Positions 37,764 to 46,813 of a stretch of 64,000 nucleotides of DNA are shown here, piece by piece. Location: IMG/VR virus record IMGVR_UViG_3300047400_000324, positions 1 to 64,000 of that record, one strand, 5' to 3'. The translations under genes and the position numbers were made by a program. Position 1 is the first letter of the stretch. Each line of letters opens with the position of its first letter. The notes below the pieces were generated by a model that was not told where the DNA came from, did no database searches, and worked only from the letters and a program-made list of their open reading frames with translations. The DNA is from a virus. Taxonomy: Duplodnaviria; Caudoviricetes.

Positions 37764-39617
37764 TTATTTATAATTTTTACGCCATTCATTCAATATATCG
37801 TGTGTAAGTAAAGAAATAGTTTCATTTACTTGTTTTTTGGGTTTAGGTTGTTGTCCTGTTCTAACATCATTATAAAGTTCTTCTGCATGTTCTGGTTTGA
37901 TATTTGGAGACAATCCTTGACGAAATTTATTGAAATTTCCATTTTTTGCATGTTCTCTCATTTTAGATGCTGACATACCAGAAACACCTTCTGCATCTGG
38001 ATCTCTATGACCAGCAGATACAACATTGATTTGTTTGAAGTTGAATTCTTTTCCTGGTCCATTATATCTATCTAATAATCTTTTGTATTCATCGACTCTA
38101 TCCGAACCAGCAACCATAGTAACGTGTGTAACACCTTGTTTATGCAATTCCTTTAAATGATGCATAAAAGTTGGATTTTCCCTCGTTGCTACACTTATAT
38201 TTGTATTTGGAAACATTCTTTGTGCATGTTTCAATTTTTGTTCTGGCGATAAAGGATTTTTATCTGAATCTTGTGTTCTTGAAAGAACAATAGAATGATT
38301 TGCGCCATTCAATCTTGCCAATTCTTTTACTTTATCGACTAAAGCACCATGACCAACAGTTGGTGGATTCATTCTACCAAATGCAAATACATGATGCTTT
38401 TCTTCTTCGTTTATAGGTGCAATTTCAGATTTATCTGTTTCACCACGACCTCTATTGTTTGCAAAATTATTTCTTGAAAATTCTGCTCTATCGACCAATT
38501 TAGTAGGTCTTCCATTGCGTATTGCAACAAATCCCTCTGGTTTTACAGATTTTCCACCCATAGTATGTTCAAATTCAGTTGGATTTCCTAAAGAATTTAC
38601 GAGAACATCTTTTGCTTTTTGTATATGATGATGCAAATCGAATGCATGACCAAATTGTTCTTGATTGCCTTCTACATCATTTATAAAATTTCCATAATGT
38701 TCTATTTTTCTCTGTTTGGCTGAAGGTGTTTTTACTTTGCTTGCTTCATTGTCTCTTTTTTGTTTTAGAAATTTTACATATTCTTTTGGATTTGGTGTTG
38801 TTCCATCTCTGACGGTTTGATTTATGTATTGTTTCATGTGTTCGGCATGATTGCCTAATTTTTCCATAGTTTCTGGATGTATTTTTTGATAAGATTCTAA
38901 AGCATTTTTCTTATGCAATGCAAATTTACTTTGTGCAGGTTTGGTATAATTGAATGAATGACCAGAATTTATTTCTGGGTTTACTAAATTTACATCTGGG
39001 TGTTGTTTGAATTTGCTGTGATCTACATCGAATCCAGCTTTCATATCTTCAAACTTTTTACCTTTATATTTTGTATGAACTACAAATCCAATTTGTGAAT
39101 TAGCAATTCTTTTTCCCATACCAGAATTTTTATGGGCACCATACGTAATAGTATTTGGAGTAAATTTATACTTATCTCCATCTTTTGTAACGTCGGGTTT
39201 TTCATAAAGAAAATCGCCCTGATAAACACCACCTTCATTGGGCATTGTTTTTGGTAAATGTTTAAGGGCAGCTTTTAATTTTGCCGCTAGCCCAGGAGCA
39301 TGACCATGATTTTTGTCTATATCTTCTTCTGTATAATTTATTTTTGGATTTTTATTAAATGCAGATTTAGATGCTACAAAAAATTTACCAGTTTCTGGAT
39401 GTTTGCCAAATACAACGCTTGGACTACCATCGTATTTTACTGTAATCTTAGATTTTGATTTTTTGCCTGACAATAAATTATGAGCATCTTCCAATGTAGA
39501 TGCCGCATGTCCTACACCTTCATCCCCACCATGTATTATATGATCTTCTGCATGTTCTAAATGCTGAAGTTTATCGACATCCAAGGATTCGGCTAAAAAA
39601 GAATAAAAGTTTAACAT
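37764..39617 (-). CDS. Two-domain protein: ligase-like nucleotidyltransferase plus HxGH cytidylyltransferase-like domain
   Basis: KYDG, YQGD, EGFV, TKLVDR; FGRMNPPTVGH, AGSDR, SASKMR. Confidence 0.8.
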   Translation of the reverse strand: MLNFYSFLAESLDVDKLQHLEHAEDHIIHGGDEGVGHAASTLEDAHNLLSGKKSKSKITVKYDGSPSVVFGKHPETGKFFVASKSAFNKNPKINYTEEDIDKNHGHAPGLAAKLKAALKHLPKTMPNEGGVYQGDFLYEKPDVTKDGDKYKFTPNTITYGAHKNSGMGKRIANSQIGFVVHTKYKGKKFEDMKAGFDVDHSKFKQHPDVNLVNPEINSGHSFNYTKPAQSKFALHKKNALESYQKIHPETMEKLGNHAEHMKQYINQTVRDGTTPNPKEYVKFLKQKRDNEASKVKTPSAKQRKIEHYGNFINDVEGNQEQFGHAFDLHHHIQKAKDVLVNSLGNPTEFEHTMGGKSVKPEGFVAIRNGRPTKLVDRAEFSRNNFANNRGRGETDKSEIAPINEEEKHHVFAFGRMNPPTVGHGALVDKVKELARLNGANHSIVLSRTQDSDKNPLSPEQKLKHAQRMFPNTNISVATRENPTFMHHLKELHKQGVTHVTMVAGSDRVDEYKRLLDRYNGPGKEFNFKQINVVSAGHRDPDAEGVSGMSASKMREHAKNGNFNKFRQGLSPNIKPEHAEELYNDVRTGQQPKPKKQVNETISLLTHDILNEWRKNYK

Positions 39618-39853
39618 TTATACATCTCTATGAAGTTTATATTTCTTATATATTTATTTTTTTCTGTTGATATCAAAACTTCTTTTATTATAGCGTCTAT
39701 ATTATCTTTCCAATAATTCAAAAATTTATGAACTTTTGGTATTTCTGGTAAAATGTCTTCCGTTTGCCATATAAATTCCTGAACAAGACTATAATGTGGA
39801 ATATAATATAATATATCTATTGTTATCAAATAATTTTTTTTGATAATAAACAA
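39611..39853 (-). CDS. usg: Usg-like protein
   Basis: ILY.IP....LQEFIWQ..D..P..P..HKFL.YW pattern. Confidence 0.7.
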   Translation of the reverse strand: MFIIKKNYLITIDILYYIPHYSLVQEFIWQTEDILPEIPKVHKFLNYWKDNIDAIIKEVLISTEKNKYIRNINFIEMYKC

Positions 39854-39859
39854 TTTAAA

Positions 39860-41068
39860 TTATTTTTCGTCGAGTTTTATATTACCAGAGCGACCATTTC
39901 CTTTGGGTAATGCAACTCTCATTGGGGGTCCATCGTGATCTAATTCATCGACATGTTTTGCAGAAGCATTTAATTTGTTATCACCCGATTTAACAAGATA
40001 ACTTGCTGTGCCTTCAGGACCTTCAAATTTTCCTTCACCTGTAGTAGCTTCTCTTCTCACAAAACCATTCAATTTTGGATGATCTTCATGAAGTTTATCT
40101 AATATAGATTGTGCCTTTTTCCTATGTTCTTCTTGTTCTTCTTTAGAAGCATTTTTCATATTATTCAAGTGCTTCGACACTGTTTTCATTCTATTCATTA
40201 TATCATTATGAATTTCTTGTCTTTGTTTTTCATTATGATTACGATAATCGGGGTGTGAAGATAACATTTGATTTGTGGCATGATGAACGACGGCAGAAGA
40301 TTCTTCTGGACCAGCAGACATAAGTTGTGATCCACCACCCTTTTTCATTGAAATCCTAACGCCTTCTGTTCCATCGCCATTTGGATTTCTTAAAACTAAA
40401 TCAGCTTTCGATGTTGCCGAAGAAGCTCCATATTTTCCCCACAATGAAGATAATTTAGATTTAGATGCACCTGCAACACTGGCTCTATAACCTTTTTTAA
40501 CAGCATCTTTCAATTTTGGATGATTACGCAACGCAATAATACTACCTACAGCTGTATGCAATTCCTTATGATAGGAATCTTTATGGTCTTCGGTTTTTTT
40601 ACCACCTGAAAATCCATCATTTTCTGCATTGGAAAAATGTAAAGGATGATTTTTATCATTTTTTGCTTTTTCTATTTCTTGATGCAATTTTTCTTCTGTA
40701 TCTATACCATGATCTATCGCATAATTCCATATTTTTGTATGTGCATGTTCATCATTGTATGTTGGTGATTTTCCTTTTGGTTTTTTCAATTTACTCATAG
40801 GTATGGTTATTTTATTTCCGTCATCTTTACTAACAACAACATGATGAATACCTTTATCATCTATTTGATGACTATGCAATGTTACTCTATCTCCAGGATT
40901 GAATTCACCAATTTTACTTGATATTTCATGAGTACCATCGCCAGTATGTCTTGAACCTCCTGGCAAATATGGTTTAATATATTTTTCATGATCGTAATTA
41001 GCTCTATTTCCACTGGATGTCAAATTAGCTTCGGATATAAGAAATTTCAATTGTTTAGCTGTGATCAT
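39860..41068 (-). CDS. Head-associated protein with PD-(D/E)xK-like motif
   Basis: SKADL...ISMKKGGGSQLMS; start MITAKQLKFLISE. Confidence 0.6.
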   Translation of the reverse strand: MITAKQLKFLISEANLTSSGNRANYDHEKYIKPYLPGGSRHTGDGTHEISSKIGEFNPGDRVTLHSHQIDDKGIHHVVVSKDDGNKITIPMSKLKKPKGKSPTYNDEHAHTKIWNYAIDHGIDTEEKLHQEIEKAKNDKNHPLHFSNAENDGFSGGKKTEDHKDSYHKELHTAVGSIIALRNHPKLKDAVKKGYRASVAGASKSKLSSLWGKYGASSATSKADLVLRNPNGDGTEGVRISMKKGGGSQLMSAGPEESSAVVHHATNQMLSSHPDYRNHNEKQRQEIHNDIMNRMKTVSKHLNNMKNASKEEQEEHRKKAQSILDKLHEDHPKLNGFVRREATTGEGKFEGPEGTASYLVKSGDNKLNASAKHVDELDHDGPPMRVALPKGNGRSGNIKLDEK

Positions 41069-41072
41069 GGAT

Positions 41073-41699
41073 TCAATGCCTTGTTGTTACTACTATTGTT
41101 TTTCTGGTATATGGATTATGTTTAACTAGATGCGAATACAATTTCACATCGGGATGTTCCAATTTCAATTTAGCAAATTCTTTATGGTTACCTTCATCGT
41201 CATCATAAAGATGCACCTCTTTCAATTTATCTCGTTTAATTAAATCCGATAAAACTCTTCTTTTTCGATCTCCAGTAGATGTGCCTTCTACATTTCCAGC
41301 CCTTCTCAAATGTGTTTTATCTATATCTATACCATATCTTTTTAAATGATGTTTGACTGCCAGTTTATCGTCTAAATCCGATCTAGCTGTAAGTATTTCT
41401 GTTCTATTTCCTCTTTGGCGAAGTTTATTCAATCTATTTATCATCGAACGAATTGGAGTTCCGGATTTACGCAATACTTTTGCAGATTTAAATTCACCAA
41501 AATCATATTTGTGACCTAAAGGCAATTTATGTTTATTGAATTCCTGTGTGGTTAAACTTCTAACTCTATTACCGTTGCTATCTATAACGTGAATTTTAAT
41601 TTTATGAGGATCGTGGTGTATCAATGTATCATCTAAATCGAAGAAAAAAGCTTTATTTCGTATACCCTCAGTTATAAATTCTTTGAAAGAAATCATCAA
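41073..41699 (-). CDS. HAD-superfamily phosphatase
   Basis: FFDLDDTL, ILTARS, K, YDDD; start MMISFKEFITE. Confidence 0.85.
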   Translation of the reverse strand: MMISFKEFITEGIRNKAFFFDLDDTLIHHDPHKIKIHVIDSNGNRVRSLTTQEFNKHKLPLGHKYDFGEFKSAKVLRKSGTPIRSMINRLNKLRQRGNRTEILTARSDLDDKLAVKHHLKRYGIDIDKTHLRRAGNVEGTSTGDRKRRVLSDLIKRDKLKEVHLYDDDEGNHKEFAKLKLEHPDVKLYSHLVKHNPYTRKTIVVTTRH

Positions 41700-41714
41700 A
41701 ATTTCCTTTCTTTT

Positions 41715-41788
41715 TATAAATAGTTAATACTAGTCGCGGACTGCCATCCCACTAGTTCTATTGCTAGAGAAAAAAAAGGAGCAACAGC
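41715..41788 (+). promoter_or_regulatory. Late promoter and structured leader of HNH gene 1
   Basis: TATAAATA 41715-41722; ACTAGT-CGC-GGA-CTGCCA-TCC-C-ACTAGT-TCTA. Confidence 0.8.
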
Positions 41789-42367
41789 ATGATTGATATT
41801 TATAATTCATCAGATTACAGAAAAATTTTCATGAAAACATATGGTTCTATACCTAAAGACAAGGACGGTAGATCATATGAAATTCATCATATAGATGGAA
41901 ATAATTCAAATAATTCTCCAGAAAATTTGAAAGCTGTTTCTATAGAAGAACATTATTATATTCATTTGTCTCAAGGTGATTATGGCGCTTGTTTATTAAT
42001 ATCAAGTAGAATGACTACAACACCAGAAGAAAAGAGCAATTTGGCTAGATCTCATGTCATTAAACAACTTGAAGAAAATAGACATCCATGGAAAACAGAC
42101 TCATATCGTGAATCTCAAAGACTAAGAGCTTTATCAGAAAATAATCCATTTCTTGGAGGTGAAATTCAAAGAAAAAGTAGTAGAAAACGTGTAAGGGAAG
42201 GCACACATCATCTTTTAGGCGATAAAACAAATTTTAATATGATTAAAGAAGGTAAGCATCCATCTCAAAAAATATGGACATGCGAACATTGTGATATTAT
42301 CGGTAAAGGAACAACTAATTATATTAGATGGCATGGTAATAATTGCAAAAAATTAATAAAAAAATAA
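41789..42367 (+). mobile_element. Free-standing HNH homing endonuclease 1 (antisense to neighbours)
   Basis: EIHHIDGN.SNN..ENL..V...EH..IH; C-terminal CxxC...H...C. Confidence 0.88.
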
Positions 42368-42392
42368 GTGTCTGGAGTTTCCTCCAGACACT
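42358..42392 (-). terminator. Intrinsic terminator
   Basis: 11-bp perfect stem AGTGTCTGGAG/CTCCAGACACT, GAAA loop on minus strand, followed by U-run. Confidence 0.85.
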
Positions 42393-42497
42393 CGATAAAT
42401 TTGCAGCAATGTCGAGCGGAACCCCACCGTTATTCTCAACTATTCCTCAGATTGATCTGCTTTGCCACTGCGTCCTAGAAACGCTAATGCTGCTTGA
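42360..42497 (-). ncRNA. Candidate ~135-nt late structured RNA
   Basis: Bounded by TATAAATA (42510-42503) and terminator; no minus-strand ORF; several stems. Confidence 0.45.
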
Positions 42498-42521
42498 GAT
42501 TCTATTTATATTTTTAAGATT

Positions 42522-42725
42522 TTAGAAATAAGAATTTTTAGGTGGATTTAGAAAAAAACTTGGAGTCCATCCATCAAATCCAGATCCATTATTCAACGAT
42601 GTCTTTAAAATTTGTGCATCCCATTCATCCTCGCATTGCATTATATTTTGTTCAGTACGACTTTCAAAAATTTCATAGATATCGTTATCGTCCACATTTC
42701 GTTTAATCATATAATTCATTTTCAT
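42522..42725 (-). CDS. Hypothetical protein
   Basis: Co-oriented small ORF; GSGFDGWTP.FF. Confidence 0.6.
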   Translation of the reverse strand: MKMNYMIKRNVDDNDIYEIFESRTEQNIMQCEDEWDAQILKTSLNNGSGFDGWTPSFFLNPPKNSYF

Positions 42726-42731
42726 TTTCTC

Positions 42732-43934
42732 CTATGCAAATCCTTCAAATTTCTTAGAAAATTTAGACCTATTTTGAAAAAATTCATTATCTCGTTGACC
42801 ATATTCTGTTTTATCCATAATTGGAATGTCGTCCTGTATATTCTCCTGTTCTGTTTGATCTACATCGTATAATTTCATTTTCGATCTATCGATACCGATA
42901 ACAAATCGGCGATTTTTAGATAAATCGCTGTATCTATTTTTAAGTTGTTTTACCATAATTTGATTGAACGATTCTAACTGTTCATTGCTAATAAGAGCAA
43001 ACATCAAATCGGCAGTCGCAGGTAATCCGAAACTTTCCGAAACATCTGTCAAAACGACATCGGACGACGCATACCCACTTCTTGTTGTTTGTGTAGCTGT
43101 AACTATAGGAAGATCGTGTTCAACAGCTAAACCACGAAATTCTTCCGCAATAGCCTTTACATAAGTATAACTATTTACCGACGCGGTATATTTTACTCGG
43201 CTAGAAGCACAAATATTGAGATAATCGATATAAATGATATCTGGAATAAAATTCTTTTTCAATTTCAATTCATTCAATAAATGTCTGAAATTTGCTGCAC
43301 CAGCAGTAGACGTTGGATATTCTTTGATAATAAGCTTACCAACAGTTTTCTTTTTTACCCTATCGATTTTTTTCATGAAAGAATCTTTTGGAACGGTTTC
43401 AATTTCATCCAAAGACATATCCAATAGATTTGCATCGATACGTTCTGCAATTCTTTCTTCAGCCATTTCCATAGTAATATAAAGAACATTTTTACCATCA
43501 AGCAAATTGCTAGCGGCAAAATGACACATCGCAAGACTTTTCCCAACACCGGTATTATGGCTTGAAATTCCATTAGTATAATATCTATGATTTTCATGTT
43601 CTACATTAATATCTACGATAGGAATTATATTGCCGGTATAACGAACAGCTCCCCTTTCAAATCCATTTTTTGTTAAAAAATTTGCATATTCAATTTTAGA
43701 TAATTGTAGCGCGCTTATCCATCCATTATCAGTTTCAAATAAATGTTCTGCATTGCATAATACAGATTCACTATTATTTTCCAACTGAAGGCTGTATTCT
43801 TCATAAATTCCCTTATCGATAAAGAAATTTACTCCTACCCATCCATCGGGAGAATCTACTTCAATTTCATAATTTTCTTCTAACATGGTTTTTATTTTAC
43901 TGATAGGGATTTCAATTTCAGTCCAAATTTTCAT
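42732..43934 (-). CDS. gp41: gp41 helicase C-extein preceded by split-intein C-part
   Basis: SD TAGGAGA before ATG 43934; HN|TGVGKS, YITMEM, DYLN, ATQTTR, QLKNRY. Confidence 0.93.
   Translation of the reverse strand: MKIWTEIEIPISKIKTMLEENYEIEVDSPDGWVGVNFFIDKGIYEEYSLQLENNSESVLCNAEHLFETDNGWISALQLSKIEYANFLTKNGFERGAVRYTGNIIPIVDINVEHENHRYYTNGISSHNTGVGKSLAMCHFAASNLLDGKNVLYITMEMAEERIAERIDANLLDMSLDEIETVPKDSFMKKIDRVKKKTVGKLIIKEYPTSTAGAANFRHLLNELKLKKNFIPDIIYIDYLNICASSRVKYTASVNSYTYVKAIAEEFRGLAVEHDLPIVTATQTTRSGYASSDVVLTDVSESFGLPATADLMFALISNEQLESFNQIMVKQLKNRYSDLSKNRRFVIGIDRSKMKLYDVDQTEQENIQDDIPIMDKTEYGQRDNEFFQNRSKFSKKFEGFA
43554..43934 (-). mobile_element. Split intein C-part, 127 aa
   Basis: Block B-like CNAEH, block F IVDINV, terminal YYTNGISSHN with +1 Thr. 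Confidence 0.92.
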
Positions 43935-43948
43935 TAAAAAATTTCTCC

Positions 43949-44021
43949 TATAAATAATATTGTAGATCGCGATGCTACCAACATCCATCTACTCTAACGT
44001 CTGAAAAGGAGACATCAGCAA
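43949..44021 (+). promoter_or_regulatory. Late promoter and structured leader of HNH gene 2
   Basis: TATAAATA 43949-43956; GTAGAT-CGC-GATG-CTACCAA-CATC-C-ATCTAC-TCTA. Confidence 0.8.
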
Positions 44022-44657
44022 ATGTATTTACGCATTTATAATAATCTATGTTCATCAAATTGTCAACGAAAAGAATTGTGGTTGCCAGGTTCTGGTATTC
44101 ATAGACATCATATATTACCAAAACATATGGGCGGATTGGATGAAGATAATAATTATACATATCTATATCCACGCGAACATCAAATAGCACATTTTTTATT
44201 ATGGAAAATATATAAAAATCCAAATGATCTTAGATCAATGCATATGCTTGGTGCAAAATTAACTATTTCACAGAGAAAAATTGTAGGCATTTGGTGTAGA
44301 GACAACAAAATAGGAATTCATGGTTCTTCCTCTGAAAATAGAAAACAGTGGGCTTTAAAAGGATTAGAAACACAAAAAGAATCAAATAATAAAAAAACAT
44401 TTTATTATTGGTCTACAGAAACTGGCAGAAAAGAACGATGTGCTTTGGGGGGAAAATCTGGTTCTAAAACACAAATAAAAAATAAAATTGGTATATTCGA
44501 TTCTAATAAAAGAACTGAATATGCTAAACTTGGCGGACAATCATTGAAGGGAATGATTTGCGTAACCAATGGTATTCATAGAACTAGAATTAAACCTCAT
44601 TTATTAGATGAATATGTGTCAAATGGTTATCGTTTAGGATTTACTCTTTTTTCCTAA
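44022..44657 (+). mobile_element. Free-standing HNH homing endonuclease 2, antisense between the two helicase-intein halves
   Basis: HRHHILPKHMGG.D..NN...L..REH..AH.LLWKIY. Confidence 0.9.
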
Positions 44658-45276
44658 ATCTTATTCTAACTTTTGTATCTGGATGAACACATCCTGCCAA
44701 TATAACATTCAATGTCTTTCTAGAAAGCCCGCCTTTAGTGATAAGATTCATGTATTCCAGATTGAAAGGCATTTTTGCTTCTTTACGATGATAAAAATCG
44801 TAACGAGTTTCAGCGTCTTCCAAAAAACTATGACCAATATTAGAATCGAAACTTACAGCCAGAGCATCGGATAAAATCTGTGGTATTGCGCCTTTATCAT
44901 ATTTGCTATTTTTATTATCCAAAATTTGAATAGAATCCATAATAGCATTATAAACGGCTTTTTCTTGACAAAATTTTTCTGTTTTTTCTACAAGCCAATC
45001 TACTTCTGTTTTAGGATCATAAGAGAGTTGATCTATGATATCTTTGCACATATCATGAATTGGTTGACTTATACCAGTTTTTGAATTCATTTCAACTTCA
45101 ATCGCTTCCTTTGATGGAAAGCGATTGAATTTGTTTACATAATTTTCAATCAATTCAAAAATAATTTTGTCGGAAATATCATGAAAATATTCCGATTTTA
45201 GAAAAGGTATTACTTTGCGTGCATAATCGTCACGATTTATAATATTACCAAAAATTACTTGTTCAAAAGACGCCAT
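44641..45276 (-). CDS. gp41: gp41 helicase N-extein ending in split-intein N-part
   Basis: RKVIPFLK.EYF, LS.ALAVSFD..IGH.F, LNVILAG|CVHPDTKVRIRFRKKE-stop. Confidence 0.93.
   Translation of the reverse strand: MASFEQVIFGNIINRDDYARKVIPFLKSEYFHDISDKIIFELIENYVNKFNRFPSKEAIEVEMNSKTGISQPIHDMCKDIIDQLSYDPKTEVDWLVEKTEKFCQEKAVYNAIMDSIQILDNKNSKYDKGAIPQILSDALAVSFDSNIGHSFLEDAETRYDFYHRKEAKMPFNLEYMNLITKGGLSRKTLNVILAGCVHPDTKVRIRFRKKE
44644..44691 (-). mobile_element. Split intein N-part, 16 aa
   Basis: Block A CVHPDTKV starts right after AG of the Walker A loop. Confidence 0.88.
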
Positions 45277-45508
45277 GCAACCTCCAGGTTGTTTTATCCA
45301 ATCTTATATTTCCATTTACAAAATTTTTTGCAATACTTTCCATATAATCCATGGATTTATTCGTAGTCAAAATACTGTCGAAGAGAATTTCATCTTTATA
45401 AAAATCTACATAATAATTTCCATTCCATAAAACAATGCAAGATTTCAAAGAATCTTTTAAATTGATAAATCTATTTAATTCAACTTCATTCTGATCTATC
45501 TTCATCAT
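45263..45508 (-). CDS. Conserved hypothetical protein between uvsX and 41
   Basis: Internal MMKIDQ start; co-oriented. Confidence 0.6.
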   Translation of the reverse strand: MMKIDQNEVELNRFINLKDSLKSCIVLWNGNYYVDFYKDEILFDSILTTNKSMDYMESIAKNFVNGNIRLDKTTWRLHGVF

Positions 45509-46532
45509 GGAGCATTTCCACCAATCCTGTAGAGTATTTGTTTCTAATCCATTCAGCGAAATTTGTTTCTTCAAAAATCGTTTTCCAAAATTCATTATTG
45601 TCTATAATCTCCGCAGCACGATATTTCTTATCCATCACTTCACCAGTTTCTTGATTGACTCTTGCATACCAACCAACACTTGGCTTTGTAATAAATTTGC
45701 CCTCTAATGCCAAATCCAACATTCCAGAACAACGATTGATTCCTGAATCATATGTTACTGTAATGGGAATTTTAGATTTTTCTTTGACATAACGGGACTT
45801 TTCAATGCTGATAACAAAATGATAACCAACAATTTCTTTATCGTCTTTTTCTTGCTGACGACCAATAATCCAAATATTGTCAGCCGAATAATATACGCCA
45901 GTTCCTCCACTTACTACAGGTTTTGAATACATTTCTTGTGTCATATAGACATGATTTACCACAACCATAGGAATATCTTTCATGGTTAAATGTGGTGTTA
46001 ACATTCTAAACAAAGATTTGAGTTGTTTTGCGCGTGACATATCGGCTGCCGAATTTTGTTTCATGGCATCTTCAACTTCTTTCTTCGAAGCTAAATTGCC
46101 AATAGAATCAATAATAATCATAACTTTATCGTCGCGCTTGATTTCATCCATTTGTTTCATAATATCGAATTTAAGCTGTTCGATATCAGTAACAGGTGTA
46201 TGAATTACAGATTCTTTTGGTACACCGAACATATCGAAATACGATTGAGGCGTGCCAAATTCCGAATCGTAAAACAAAACAACACCATCGGAATATCTTT
46301 TAAGAAAAGCAGATGCCATCAAAAGACTAAATGCTGTTTTAAAATGCTTCGAAGGAGCAGCCAAAACAGTCAATCCGGGGGTTAAACCACCATCTATTCT
46401 ACCTGACAATGCTACATTGATCATAGGAATGGCAGTCGGAATCATATCCTTTTTACCATAAATCTTAGATTCTGTCAAGATAGCCGTATGTGACACGGTA
46501 CTGTTTTTTATCAATCTTTCTTTTAAAGACAT
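45486..46532 (-). CDS. uvsX: RecA-like recombinase UvsX
   Basis: APSKHFKT, FYDSEFG, IDSIGNLASKKE, GGTGVYYSAD. Confidence 0.97.
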   Translation of the reverse strand: MSLKERLIKNSTVSHTAILTESKIYGKKDMIPTAIPMINVALSGRIDGGLTPGLTVLAAPSKHFKTAFSLLMASAFLKRYSDGVVLFYDSEFGTPQSYFDMFGVPKESVIHTPVTDIEQLKFDIMKQMDEIKRDDKVMIIIDSIGNLASKKEVEDAMKQNSAADMSRAKQLKSLFRMLTPHLTMKDIPMVVVNHVYMTQEMYSKPVVSGGTGVYYSADNIWIIGRQQEKDDKEIVGYHFVISIEKSRYVKEKSKIPITVTYDSGINRCSGMLDLALEGKFITKPSVGWYARVNQETGEVMDKKYRAAEIIDNNEFWKTIFEETNFAEWIRNKYSTGLVEMLHDEDRSE

Positions 46533-46592
46533 ATTTTATAACTCCTATTTTTTATATCATATACTATCGAATATAATCTGTCAATACAAATT

Positions 46593-46805
46593 TCACAATT
46601 TATTCATTTTGTCGATAAAATCGTCAATGCTTTGTATACGCTGTTTTGCTGGCCAGTTTATAATATCTTTGTCTGGATTGCTTTTTAAATTGTTCAGCAA
46701 AGGCATAATCATTTTTTTCAACGTGTCAAGTTTAGAAGTATCTTCTACAGGAACTTTCACTTCAAACGTTTTCTTATCGTGAAATGTGAATCCAAAATCG
46801 TCCAT
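46593..46805 (-). CDS. Conserved small T4-like protein downstream of gp43
   Basis: MDDFGF start; I.PLL.NLK.NPDKD.I.WP. Confidence 0.7.
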   Translation of the reverse strand: MDDFGFTFHDKKTFEVKVPVEDTSKLDTLKKMIMPLLNNLKSNPDKDIINWPAKQRIQSIDDFIDKMNKL

Positions 46806-46813
46806 ATTATTTC

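Noticed and set aside
42444-42450. Hammerhead core CUGAGGA in the candidate RNA
   Set aside because: No suitably placed stem II, GAAA and NUH site could be assembled
42343-42525. 60-aa plus-strand ORF
   Set aside because: Overlaps HNH1 end and a terminator, antisense to a late promoter, no protein features
43935-43988. N-terminal extension MDVGSIAIYNIIYRRNFL
   Set aside because: Antisense to the HNH2 leader; strong SD precedes ATG 43934
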